DNA from: Promethearchaeota archaeon | GTDB lineage: Archaea > Asgardarchaeota > Lokiarchaeia > Sigyniarchaeales > SOKP01 | Assembly: GCA_030606485.1 (NCBI GenBank) | Contig: JAUWGH010000002.1 | Location: 385,767 to 409,766, forward strand | Length of the DNA stretch: 24,000 nt | Direction: 5' to 3' | In this document: in pieces, positions 1-7,794 of the stretch | Layout of the letters: each line of letters opens with the position of its first letter | Numbering within the stretch: position 1 is the first letter of the stretch | Notes under the pieces: generated by a model | What the model saw: only the letters and a program-made list of their open reading frames with translations | What the model was told of the DNA's origin: nothing | The model's database searches: none | Translations under genes and position numbers: made by a program

Positions 1-828
1 TGGGGCAAACCCTAAATCAAGGGAATAACCTATTTTTATTTTATTAGGTATCTCCATAAGTTTTTCCAAATAGCTAAATTTTTGTTTTTGCAAAGAATAT
101 CTATCTGAATCATCTTCTCCTGCCATCACATCTAACATTAACGCAGCATCCTTTACATATCTTACAATAGGTCCATTATGAACGAAAGTCCCGAAATTAC
201 CATATATTTTCATTGAATTTTGAGGAATTCGTCCAAAATTCGGTTTGAGACCATAAATACCACAAAAAGAGCTAGGAATTCTAACAGAACCTCCGCCATC
301 TGAACCTAATGCTAATGGCCCCAATCCAGAAGCTACTGCCGCTGCTGCACCACCACTTGAACCTCCAGGAGTTCTCTCTAGATTCCAAGGATTTCTTGTT
401 GTTCCGAAAATTAAATTATCTGTAACTCCTTTATATCCAAATTCAGGCGTATTAGTCTTTCCTAAAATCACACATCCAGCTTCTTTTAATCTTCTTACAG
501 CGACAATATCTTTTTTAGGAATATGATTTTCATATATTTTCGATCCAAATGTAGTTCTAATTCCTTTTGTTTCCGCAAGGTCTTTTATAGATGTAGGAAT
601 TCCATGTAATAAACCTAATTTTTCACCTCTCTTTACTGCCTTATCTGCTTTCTTCGCCGTTTCTCGGGCAAGATCAAATGTAAGAGTACAATACGCATTG
701 ATTATTGGATTGATCTTTTCAATTCTTTCAATTATCGTTTCAGTTATTTCTTGAGATGTATATTCCTGTGTTTTTATTGCATCTCTCATATCACAAGCAG
801 ACATAAAACAAAGATTTTCTTTATTCAT
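1..828 (-). CDS. Amidase-signature family amidase (GatA-like); N-terminal 276 codons, gene runs off the left window edge
   Basis: Minus-strand frame is open from ATG (826-828) to position 1. It is absent from the ORF track because no stop lies in the window. Translation contains the amidase signature PGGSSGGAAAAVASGLGPLALGSDGGGSVRIPSSFCG (about 285-375). Confidence 0.85.
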   Translation of the reverse strand, partial: MNKENLCFMSACDMRDAIKTQEYTSQEITETIIERIEKINPIINAYCTLTFDLARETAKKADKAVKRGEKLGLLHGIPTSIKDLAETKGIRTTFGSKIYENHIPKKDIVAVRRLKEAGCVILGKTNTPEFGYKGVTDNLIFGTTRNPWNLERTPGGSSGGAAAAVASGLGPLALGSDGGGSVRIPSSFCGIYGLKPNFGRIPQNSMKIYGNFGTFVHNGPIVRYVKDAALMLDVMAGEDDSDRYSLQKQKFSYLEKLMEIPNKIKIGYSLDLGFAP

Positions 829-943
829 TTTTTCCACTTTTGAATTTACTCAATATAAATCGATTTGATGAAATATTGGAACTAATTATTATTATCTTTC
901 TTTAATTTATAATTATTATAAATTTTCATTTAAGGTAAAAAAA

Positions 944-957
944 TGCGCCCGCCGGGA
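944..957. repeat. attL core (orphan copy of the tRNA-Gly 3' end)
   Basis: tgcgcccgccggga is identical to 9049-9062. On the minus strand it is followed by TTTTTTT, a likely native oligo-T terminator of the original tRNA. Confidence 0.8.
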
Positions 958-972
958 AACGCCATAGAATAG

Positions 973-990
973 CCCCCTAAATGACCCCCT
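973..990. repeat. Element-internal arm motif CCCCCTAAATGACCCCCT next to attL
   Basis: Near-identical to 9024-9040 apart from a 1-nt indel. It sits 15 bp inside attL and is a GC-rich island in AT-rich DNA. Confidence 0.65.
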
Positions 991-1038
991 AAAATCATAA
1001 TTTTTACAAAGTTTCGAAATAATTCGGAAACCCTTATT

Positions 1039-1095
1039 ATATCACTCAATCTTTAAGGAGAATATTCATACCTCATTAAGATCTCGAATCTGATC
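1039..1095. repeat. ~50-bp repeat, copy 1 (core agaatattcatacctca)
   Basis: Matches 3681-3730, with a 17-nt exact core at 1059-1075 vs 3700-3716 and a similar flank atatcac/atatcag. The minus strand reads GAGGT-ATG plus a 7-8 codon mini-ORF in both copies. Confidence 0.5.
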
Positions 1096-1173
1096 TAAGA
1101 TATATTGTCTTATTCATAATCCCATAATTGAAAAATATATTATAATTTTTATAAGTTATTAGAGATTATAGCG

Positions 1174-1267
1174 CGTCCGACATGGCGAAGGCGTCTGACA
1201 CTACAAAAAATGTAATTATTTTGAATATTGATTAAAAATATATTAATTTTGGTTGCACGTCTGACAC
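1174..1267. repeat. Three direct copies of CGTC(C/T)GACA(T/C)
   Basis: cgtccgacat at 1174-1183, cgtctgacac at 1192-1201 and cgtctgacac at 1258-1267. A related GACATGG occurs at 1179-1185 and 1284-1290. The region is non-coding and GC-rich against AT-rich flanks. Confidence 0.55.
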
Positions 1268-1365
1268 CCATCCATAGTGGTAGGACATGGAAAAATAAAA
1301 AATCCTAAATACAATGAATAAAAAAATTAAATAAAATTAGTGTTTTGAAATTTTTAAAAAATAGA

Positions 1366-1392
1366 TCAAATATCGTGGCAGCCGAGATATTT
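1366..1392. repeat. 25-bp imperfect palindrome, copy A (AAATATCGTGGC-A-GCCGAGATATTT)
   Basis: Half-site AAATATCKNGGC in inverted orientation around a central base. A second copy lies at 1778-1804. Confidence 0.65.
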
Positions 1393-1508
1393 TATTTTCT
1401 AAAAATAAGAGGAATAGATTATTTATTATTTATGAGACAATATTATTATTTTAATAATTAATTAACTTTAAATTTAAATATTATAAATAATAAAAAAATT
1501 GAATTGAT

Positions 1509-1721
1509 ATGCCATTTCACTTTGTTAAATCATTTATTATTGGAATAATATTTATCATCGCATTCTTAATTATCACTGCATTCCTCATATTCTCTGGAGT
1601 TTTAACATTTTCATTTGACCTCTTATTTTACCTTAGCATTCTTATAGGCTTTCTCTCAATAGCATTTCTAATAATTTTATTTGTTTTGGAATGTATTCTT
1701 AAAGAGTTAAGAGAGGAATAA
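1509..1721 (+). CDS. Hypothetical small hydrophobic protein (70 aa)
   Basis: ORF track; 2-3 predicted TM stretches. F/I/L-rich ORFs arise easily by chance in AT-rich DNA. Confidence 0.3.
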   Translation: MPFHFVKSFIIGIIFIIAFLIITAFLIFSGVLTFSFDLLFYLSILIGFLSIAFLIILFVLECILKELREE

Positions 1722-1777
1722 GAAAATTAAAGCTTTAATTTTAAATCATAAAATCCGAAAAATCGAAAGAAATCATA

Positions 1778-1804
1778 TCAAATATCGAGGCTGCCACGAT
1801 ATTT
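1778..1804. repeat. 25-bp imperfect palindrome, copy B (AAATATCGAGGC-T-GCCACGATATTT)
   Basis: Same architecture as 1366-1392, with 24 of 28 positions identical including the shared atc flank. The two copies are 412 bp apart and bracket ORF 1509-1721. Confidence 0.65.
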
Positions 1805-1820
1805 GCGATTCTTTATATTA

Positions 1821-2357
1821 TTAAGGTGTAAAAAAACCCATTATATCTGGAAGAAAACTTATTAAAATACTAATTGTTAAACCAAAAGAGAAAATTATAA
1901 CACTTAACATCAAAAATTTTCTAGCTCTATAAGTTATTTCATAATAATTCTTCTGATATTTTAATAAGGTATTTAATTGTAAATGATAATCGCTCTTAAA
2001 ATCTTCAGAATTCAAATCTTTAGAAATCTCTTTCTCATCTCCATTAAATATAGATTTATAAAAACAAATTGGATATTTCTCAATTTTGAACCTCTTTGCT
2101 GTACTATTCTTCTTAAGTGATAAATATAAATTATATATCGCAGAAATCATATATAAAATAAAAGAAATAGTCAATACAAAGAAGCCAAGAGAACTTAAAA
2201 GAAAATTAAAGATAGCATATAAAATATTATACGTGGTTATTAATGATAAAGTTAAGTTCATGAAATATCTTGTTTGAGTTCCATATAATCTCACAATTTC
2301 ATTTGCTCTTTCAATATTGAATTTCCAATCCTCTATTAAATCATGATTAATTGACAT
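1821..2357 (-). CDS. Hypothetical membrane protein (178 aa; helical N-terminus, central TM pair, C-terminal TM)
   Basis: ORF track with an ATG start; no family recognised. Confidence 0.5.
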   Translation of the reverse strand: MSINHDLIEDWKFNIERANEIVRLYGTQTRYFMNLTLSLITTYNILYAIFNFLLSSLGFFVLTISFILYMISAIYNLYLSLKKNSTAKRFKIEKYPICFYKSIFNGDEKEISKDLNSEDFKSDYHLQLNTLLKYQKNYYEITYRARKFLMLSVIIFSFGLTISILISFLPDIMGFFTP

Positions 2358-2511
2358 AAAAATCTAAGGTTTCTTTAATTTTTAAATAAAAATCTATTAA
2401 AAATAGACAGATCATTCTTATTATAAATTTTTATTATTGGGAAGTTAATAAATAATGAGATTACTTACATTTTTTAAAATCTGGGACTTTATTTTTTTAA
2501 TATTTTAATAA

Positions 2512-2700
2512 ATCATTAATTTATTGACCTCTTTTATATTAAGAAAGTGTGCAGATCCATTTGTTGTTGCTCTTGCTAAGGTACATAATCTTATAGTTGT
2601 TACGTATGAGAAATCTAAGATACCTCTTGCTTGCCAGCTAGTAGAGATAGATTGTATTAACTTTATTGAATTTCTAAGAAGAGAAAATCTACAATATTGA
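2512..2700 (+). pseudogene. C-terminal remnant of a PIN-like DUF4411-type nuclease gene
   Basis: The frame ending TGA 2698-2700 reads ..CADPFVVALAKVHNLIVVTYEKSKIPLACQLVEIDCINFIEFLRRENLQY. This resembles the remembered DUF4411 C-terminus (ADPflIAyAK..tVVT.E...KIPdVC...i.ci...eflr). Only about 60 codons are open, with no ATG. Confidence 0.45.
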
Positions 2701-2760
2701 TGGGTTTTTCATTATTCCTAAGAATTATTAAATTTTTATTTTCTAATAAATCACTCAGTT

Positions 2761-3420
2761 TTATACGGGAAATCTTATAAAAAAGTCTTTCAACCCCATA
2801 ATTAATAATTCTACTTGCTTTTCATTATATCTATCATAATGCGCATGTGCTGCATTATTTCTAATATCCAACCAAGCTGTAATTTGTTTTTGTTCTAATT
2901 TTGAATAAATGTTTTGTTTATACAAATCTGAATTCATTTGCTCTGCTTTTTTAGGTTTAAATTGTCCTGATGAAGTTTCTGTTTCAACTTCAATCTCATT
3001 TTTCTTACATAATTTCCTTAAATGTTCTTCTAAAGTACTGCCTGCAATAACCGCAGATGCATCTTTATAACCTTCTTTTAAGATATATTCTGACATTTCT
3101 AAAAAGTTAGAAAATAATTCTGCATGTATTAATTCTGATAAAGTTTTTAAATATCCTGATTTCAGATCATGGTATAAACCATCTAATACTCCCATAACAT
3201 GTTCTAAAATCGCCTCATCTTTCCATTTTTTCCATTTTTCAAGTGTTTCCTGAATCCTATAATAATATTCAGAACTTTTTCCAGTTGTTCTTACAATTAC
3301 TGCTTTTACTCTTGTAATTAAATTATTAGCTTTTTTAGGCCCTGGATGACTATTTTTTTCATAATCTTCCAAAATCTCTTTAATTTGGCTAATAAAAAAA
3401 TTATCTAATTTTTCACTCAT
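2761..3420 (-). CDS. HEPN-domain protein (TIGR02391/Hypoth_ymh-like), paralog 1
   Basis: C-terminal WLDIRNNAAHAHYD carries the Rx4H HEPN motif, preceded by LIHAELF...EGYKDA.AVIAGSTLEEHLRKLC. It is collinear with, and by eye roughly two-thirds identical to, 3737-4405. Confidence 0.75.
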   Translation of the reverse strand: MSEKLDNFFISQIKEILEDYEKNSHPGPKKANNLITRVKAVIVRTTGKSSEYYYRIQETLEKWKKWKDEAILEHVMGVLDGLYHDLKSGYLKTLSELIHAELFSNFLEMSEYILKEGYKDASAVIAGSTLEEHLRKLCKKNEIEVETETSSGQFKPKKAEQMNSDLYKQNIYSKLEQKQITAWLDIRNNAAHAHYDRYNEKQVELLIMGLKDFFIRFPV

Positions 3421-3680
3421 AATGATCTATATTTCTTTTATGAATGATTCATTAAAATTTTTTTAAATATCTTCAGTAAATAATGACATAAAGAAAATAT
3501 CATATTTTCTCTAACTTAGTAAACATTTAAACCATTAACAAAAGGATTTATTTGATTTTAATTAATAAATCATTTCAGAGTTATAGATTTTAAACTGATT
3601 CGTTCATAAAATATATACAATGTATATACAACCCTCGAATTTTTCCAAGTAATTTAGAAAAATTATTTTCCTCTTCGATC

Positions 3681-3730
3681 ATATCAGTCGAAATTAATCA
3701 GAATATTCATACCTCACTAAGAACTCTGAT
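3681..3730. repeat. ~50-bp repeat, copy 2
   Basis: See 1039-1095. It lies immediately 3' of the HEPN gene at 3737-4405 and about 280 bp upstream of the HEPN gene at 2761-3420. Confidence 0.5.
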
Positions 3731-3736
3731 TTAATT

Positions 3737-4405
3737 CTATACAGGATATCTTTTGAAAAAATCTCTTAAACCCAAAATTAGTATTTTCACTTGTTCATCA
3801 TTATATTCATCGTAATGCGCATGTGCTGAATTATTTCGAATGTCTAACCAAGCAGTTACTTGTTTTTGTTCCAATTTTGAGTATAAACTCTCTCTAGCTA
3901 AATCTGAATTCATTTGATCTGCTTTTTTCGGTCTAAGATCTCCTGATGATGTTATTATCTCAACATCGATCTCATTTTTCATACATAGTTTTCTTAAATG
4001 CTCTTCTAAAGTACTTCCTGCAATAACTGCAGCAGCATCCTTATAACCTTCTCTTAAAAGGTGTTCTGCCATTTCTAAGAAGTCAGAAAATAATTCTGCA
4101 TGAATCAATTCTGATAAAGATTTTAAATATCCTGCTTTTAAATCTTGATGTAAAGCTTCTACTGAACCAATAACAAATTGTAGTTTATGTCCTGGTGAAT
4201 AACCCCAAAGTTTTAATGCTTCCTCAATCCTCTTATAATATTGTGATTTATTTCCTGAAATTCTATCGACTGCAGCTGTTGCTCTAGTAATTAAACCATA
4301 AGTTTCTTCCCTATCACCTAATTTTCTACCTAACTTTATTTCTTTATATTTTTCTAAAATCTCTTCTAATTGTTTAATAAATATATCCGTTAAATCATTT
4401 GGCAT
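3737..4405 (-). CDS. HEPN-domain protein (TIGR02391/Hypoth_ymh-like), paralog 2
   Basis: WLDIRNNSAHAHYD Rx4H motif; full-length paralog of 2761-3420. Confidence 0.75.
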   Translation of the reverse strand: MPNDLTDIFIKQLEEILEKYKEIKLGRKLGDREETYGLITRATAAVDRISGNKSQYYKRIEEALKLWGYSPGHKLQFVIGSVEALHQDLKAGYLKSLSELIHAELFSDFLEMAEHLLREGYKDAAAVIAGSTLEEHLRKLCMKNEIDVEIITSSGDLRPKKADQMNSDLARESLYSKLEQKQVTAWLDIRNNSAHAHYDEYNDEQVKILILGLRDFFKRYPV

Positions 4406-4806
4406 TCTTAATTACCTTTATGTTCTCTAGTTTAATTTTGTCTTTAAGCATAAAAAATTTTTTATTAATCTCAAATTTTATTAGACTTTATCAATATTAT
4501 CAATTTTTTTCAATAATATTTTTTCGATCGAAGATTTTGACTTAGAGAAAATATGATATAAACTATAATTAATTATTCTCAGGAAGAAAAATCTCTACCG
4601 ACAAAACGATTTTTGATATGCAATCTATAGTTAATACTTAGATATAAAAAATTAAAAAATCATAATACCCCTAAAACTTTTGAGTAAAAATACCAACTAT
4701 TATTGTGATAGTTGTTATTTTTCAAAATCTAAACTCAAAATAATCAAAATAAAACAATTTTAGACAATGTTGGAAAGTTGGTATTATATTGTAAAAAATC
4801 TCTCAG

Positions 4807-5535
4807 GTGATTAAAATAGAAGTTTTCACACAACAAAATGATTTTAAAACATTCGAAGCCCAAATAATTAGCAATTTATATGAACAAAACCCTGATCTTA
4901 AAGAAAAAAAACAGGAACTAAAACTTAAGTTTGCATTGTTAGAAGTTCAAATGAATGAACTCATAAAGGTTGCGAAAAAAACTAATATGAAACATGCAAG
5001 AATGATTGAGACTCAATTAAATTGCGGTCTCAGGGTTAGTGAATTAATCCATTTATCAATTAATCAAGTAAATCTTGAGGGAAAGTTTCTAAAAATTGAG
5101 AAAAGAGAAAAGAATCTCTATGTTGATGCATTTAAGCCAAAAACGAAGAATAGCACCAGAATTCTTCCCCTAAGTGACAAAACCATCGACATTCTTAGAT
5201 AACAAATTGACAAAAAGCGAAATGGATATATATTTCCATCCAATAAAGGGGTCCATTTCAACAAGTCTTCTGTAATCAGATTTATTAATAAATATGCAAG
5301 AGAGAGCAGAACTATAGGATTTAATATTGGATCCCATTCTTTAAGAAGAACTTTTGCATCATATTTAATTACAGATCCAAAAAGATCACCAGGAGAGGAA
5401 CAAATCACAATTTCCGATATTTGTAGATTACTTGGCCATAAAAATATCAAAACCACAATGGAATATCTTTTCAATATTGTTAATTTAGTTGATTTCGAAA
5501 AAATAAGAACCTCTATAGATAGAATGCATAATTAA
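4807..5535 (+). pseudogene. Tyrosine recombinase/integrase interrupted by an in-frame TAA (5200-5202)
   Basis: One reading frame throughout. Upstream part has GLRVSELIHL (catalytic R region). After the stop come ..GYIFPS.., HSLRRTFAS (HxxR) and LLGHKNIKTTMEYL (H...Y). Frame checked: 4807, 5200 and 5224 are all congruent to 1 mod 3. Confidence 0.8.
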
Positions 5536-5564
5536 ATCTGATAATTAAGGAGAATAATCAAAAA

Positions 5565-5774
5565 ATGAAGAAAAAGAAGGAGACACTTGCTGAGAAAAAT
5601 GTTAAGGTTGCTATAGATATCCTCAAAGAGGCAGGAGCAGAGTTTAATAAAGAAACAGGAGAATGGGAATTGCCCTCCTCTTCAAAAGAGGGAATCAAAG
5701 TGCCCAAGAAATATGAAGGGGATTATTGTGGAGCAAATTTTGTGAAGAAAGATCGAAAACGCAGAGGATATTAA
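5565..5774 (+). CDS. Hypothetical small basic protein (69 aa)
   Basis: ORF track with an ATG start and AAGGAG about 14 nt upstream; no family recognised. Confidence 0.4.
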   Translation: MKKKKETLAEKNVKVAIDILKEAGAEFNKETGEWELPSSSKEGIKVPKKYEGDYCGANFVKKDRKRRGY

Positions 5775-5810
5775 AAAAGAAATTATAATATTGCCGACAA
5801 AAATATAATT

Positions 5811-6356
5811 ATGTCAAGACAAGAATCGAATAAAAAATTTCAGATTACAGGTGCTTTTTATATTATCTTTGCAATTATCTTTCTAGTGTCTGGGATCGGT
5901 ATTTTCGAGAATGCTTTCTTCGATTCAATATATGTATTTCAATATTTTGGTTATACTCTATTGATATTTGGAGGTTGAGAAGGATTAATTTTAATCTTCA
6001 TCTCAATTATCACTCTTTTCAGTTTTAAAATCAAGAGATCATTAATATTTGGGATAATTGGATGTGTTCTGATCGGAATTAATTTCATAATAATCCTAAT
6101 TGATCATTCTATGCGAATTGCGATTGGATATAGAGCATTTTTCGTTGCTCCTTTCTATATCACCCTCATAGCATGGATAATTCTCTGCTTCATCAATGGA
6201 ATTATATATATTCAAAAATCGAGGTTGGAGATCCCCATATCTAAAGAGGAGAAACCAGAAGAAAAAGCTCCCGAAGGAATGAAGTACTGTTCTTCATGTG
6301 GAGAAAAAATTAAAAAACAAGCAAACTATTGTGAGTTTTGCGGTTCAGAACAATAA
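5811..6356 (+). pseudogene. Multi-TM protein with a C-terminal zinc ribbon, interrupted by an in-frame TGA (5976-5978)
   Basis: ATG 5811 is in the same frame as track ORF 6111-6356. It reads ..LLIFGG*EGLILIF.. and ends CSSCGEKIKKQANYCEFCG. TGG to TGA (Trp to stop) is a plausible single change. Confidence 0.6.
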
Positions 6357-6420
6357 ATTAAAAAATATTTAAAATTTACTTTTTTTCTACACTCTATTTT
6401 TTTAAATTTTAATATAAAGA

Positions 6421-6460
6421 ATATTTATACTGAAAAAATAATATTTATACTGAAAAAATA
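6421..6460. repeat. Perfect 2 x 20-bp tandem repeat atatttatactgaaaaaata upstream of the ParB-like gene
   Basis: 6421-6440 equals 6441-6460 exactly. Each unit contains a TTTATA TATA-like element. It ends 17 bp before ATG 6478. Confidence 0.7.
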
Positions 6461-6477
6461 GTAAAAGGGTGAAAATT

Positions 6478-7794
6478 ATGAAAATAAAATTTGAAAATTT
6501 AGTACCAAATAAATATAATCCACGCAAACTTTTTAGAGGAGCATCTATGGAAGAGCTTAAAGAATCTACTAAGGATTTCGGACTTATAGAGCCATTAGTA
6601 GTGAGACAGCTCAAGAACGGAAAATATGAAGTTGTTGCTGGAATGCGTAGATATCATGCTTTGAAGGAGCAAAAAATAGAAGAAGTAGAATGTAATGTTC
6701 TAGATTTAACCAACAAACAAGCTATTGACGTTGCTTTTATCGAAAATATCCAAAGACAAGATTTAACTGCAATAGAAGAAGCTAATATGTTTTTAAATCG
6801 TTTAAAAATAAATCCTGAATTTTTGAAGAAATTCAAAAAATCGGAAACCGTTTCCGATTTTTTCTCTAAAAACTTAATATCTGGAGATTCCAAATTTACT
6901 AAAGAACTTGGTGATACCTATCATATAAACCCAAAAACAATCTTTAATAAACTTAGTTTATTATGTCTCCCAGAGACATTACAGAATGCTATTGAAATTG
7001 ATGAATTACAATTAAGAATTGCTTATAATATAGCAAGATTGCGTCAAATAGAAGATAATGATCTTGCTCAGAAATCTATGCTTGAAATATATAATGACTA
7101 TAAAAAAGAGAGAGATTCGATAAGTTTAGATGAAATAAAAATGAGAGTATCCAAAAAAATTGAGTATTATAAATCCAAAAAAGATGAACAAGAAGAAATT
7201 ACTGAACAGAGAATTCAAGAACTAAAAAGGAAAATAAAAGAGACAAAAGAGAGCAAAGATGAAATATTGAAGAAATTAGCTAAGAAAATAATAGAAATTC
7301 ATAATAATGAAGCATTTACCGATATTGATTTCTCTGAAATGGAGATTATTGAATATGATGATGATAAAGAGTTATTTGAAAAAAATGATAGAGAAACCAT
7401 TTTTTCAAAAGGTGAGAAAGTTTCTGAATTTTTGGAGGAAGAAGATAAAAAATATAGGGGAAATGAAATATATGAACGAATAGTAGAAAATATTGATGAT
7501 TTAGAAAATAAAATCTCAGATATTCGATTACTAATAACTAGGGTTAAAGAAAAAAATATTACGCAATGTCCTTTCTGCTATGCAAGGATTGACCTACCTG
7601 AGATTAATAAAAAAACAGAGGAATACCAAGATGAATTAGAAGACTTAAAATCACAACGTTCTAAAATAGCAGGTATAAGTGGTTTTATTTCAGACAGACG
7701 GAAGGCAATAAATAAGATATACAGTGCTTTCGAATCTAAGGATAAATTTATAGAAGACTTTGAAAAAGAACTGGAGGACTTAAGAATTGACTAA
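6478..7794 (+). CDS. ParB N-terminal (ParB/Srx) domain protein with a long coiled-coil C-terminus
   Basis: GLIEPLVV..VAGMRRYHAL (GxRR box) and ENIQRQDLTAIEEA (ENxQR box). The E/K-rich coiled coil contains a lone CPFC. GGGTGA lies 6 nt upstream of ATG 6478; the track starts at GTG 6469. Confidence 0.8.
   Translation: MKIKFENLVPNKYNPRKLFRGASMEELKESTKDFGLIEPLVVRQLKNGKYEVVAGMRRYHALKEQKIEEVECNVLDLTNKQAIDVAFIENIQRQDLTAIEEANMFLNRLKINPEFLKKFKKSETVSDFFSKNLISGDSKFTKELGDTYHINPKTIFNKLSLLCLPETLQNAIEIDELQLRIAYNIARLRQIEDNDLAQKSMLEIYNDYKKERDSISLDEIKMRVSKKIEYYKSKKDEQEEITEQRIQELKRKIKETKESKDEILKKLAKKIIEIHNNEAFTDIDFSEMEIIEYDDDKELFEKNDRETIFSKGEKVSEFLEEEDKKYRGNEIYERIVENIDDLENKISDIRLLITRVKEKNITQCPFCYARIDLPEINKKTEEYQDELEDLKSQRSKIAGISGFISDRRKAINKIYSAFESKDKFIEDFEKELEDLRID

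Noticed and set aside
1366-1804. Reading the two GC-cored sites as inverted recombination sites of an invertible (phase-variable) segment
   Set aside because: Each site is itself palindromic, and the copies match about equally well in direct (24/28) and inverted (24/26) alignment. Relative orientation is therefore undefined and an inversion switch cannot be supported from sequence alone.
1821-2357. 178-aa membrane protein as a SLATT/DUF4231-type 2TM defence effector
   Set aside because: The only support is a vague topology resemblance (helical N-terminus plus a TM pair). I cannot point to any family motif.
4678-4785. Nested inverted repeats upstream of the integrase: TTTTGAGT/ACTCAAAA (4678/4733), CAACTAT-N7-ATAGTTG (4694/4708), ATACCAAC/GTTGGTAT (4692/4777)
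   Set aside because: Stems of 7-8 bp in ~75% AT DNA are expected by chance at roughly this density (rough estimate near one per 400 bp). There is no second line of evidence.
5976-5978. TGA as selenocysteine (Asgard archaea have Sec machinery)
   Set aside because: The codon lies in a hydrophobic TM-like segment of a non-redox protein (FGG*EGL), and I saw no SECIS-like structure. A TGG-to-TGA nonsense change is simpler.
6421-6460. Possible CRISPR array or minisatellite
   Set aside because: Only two contiguous 20-bp units with no spacers. No repeat-spacer architecture exists anywhere in the window.
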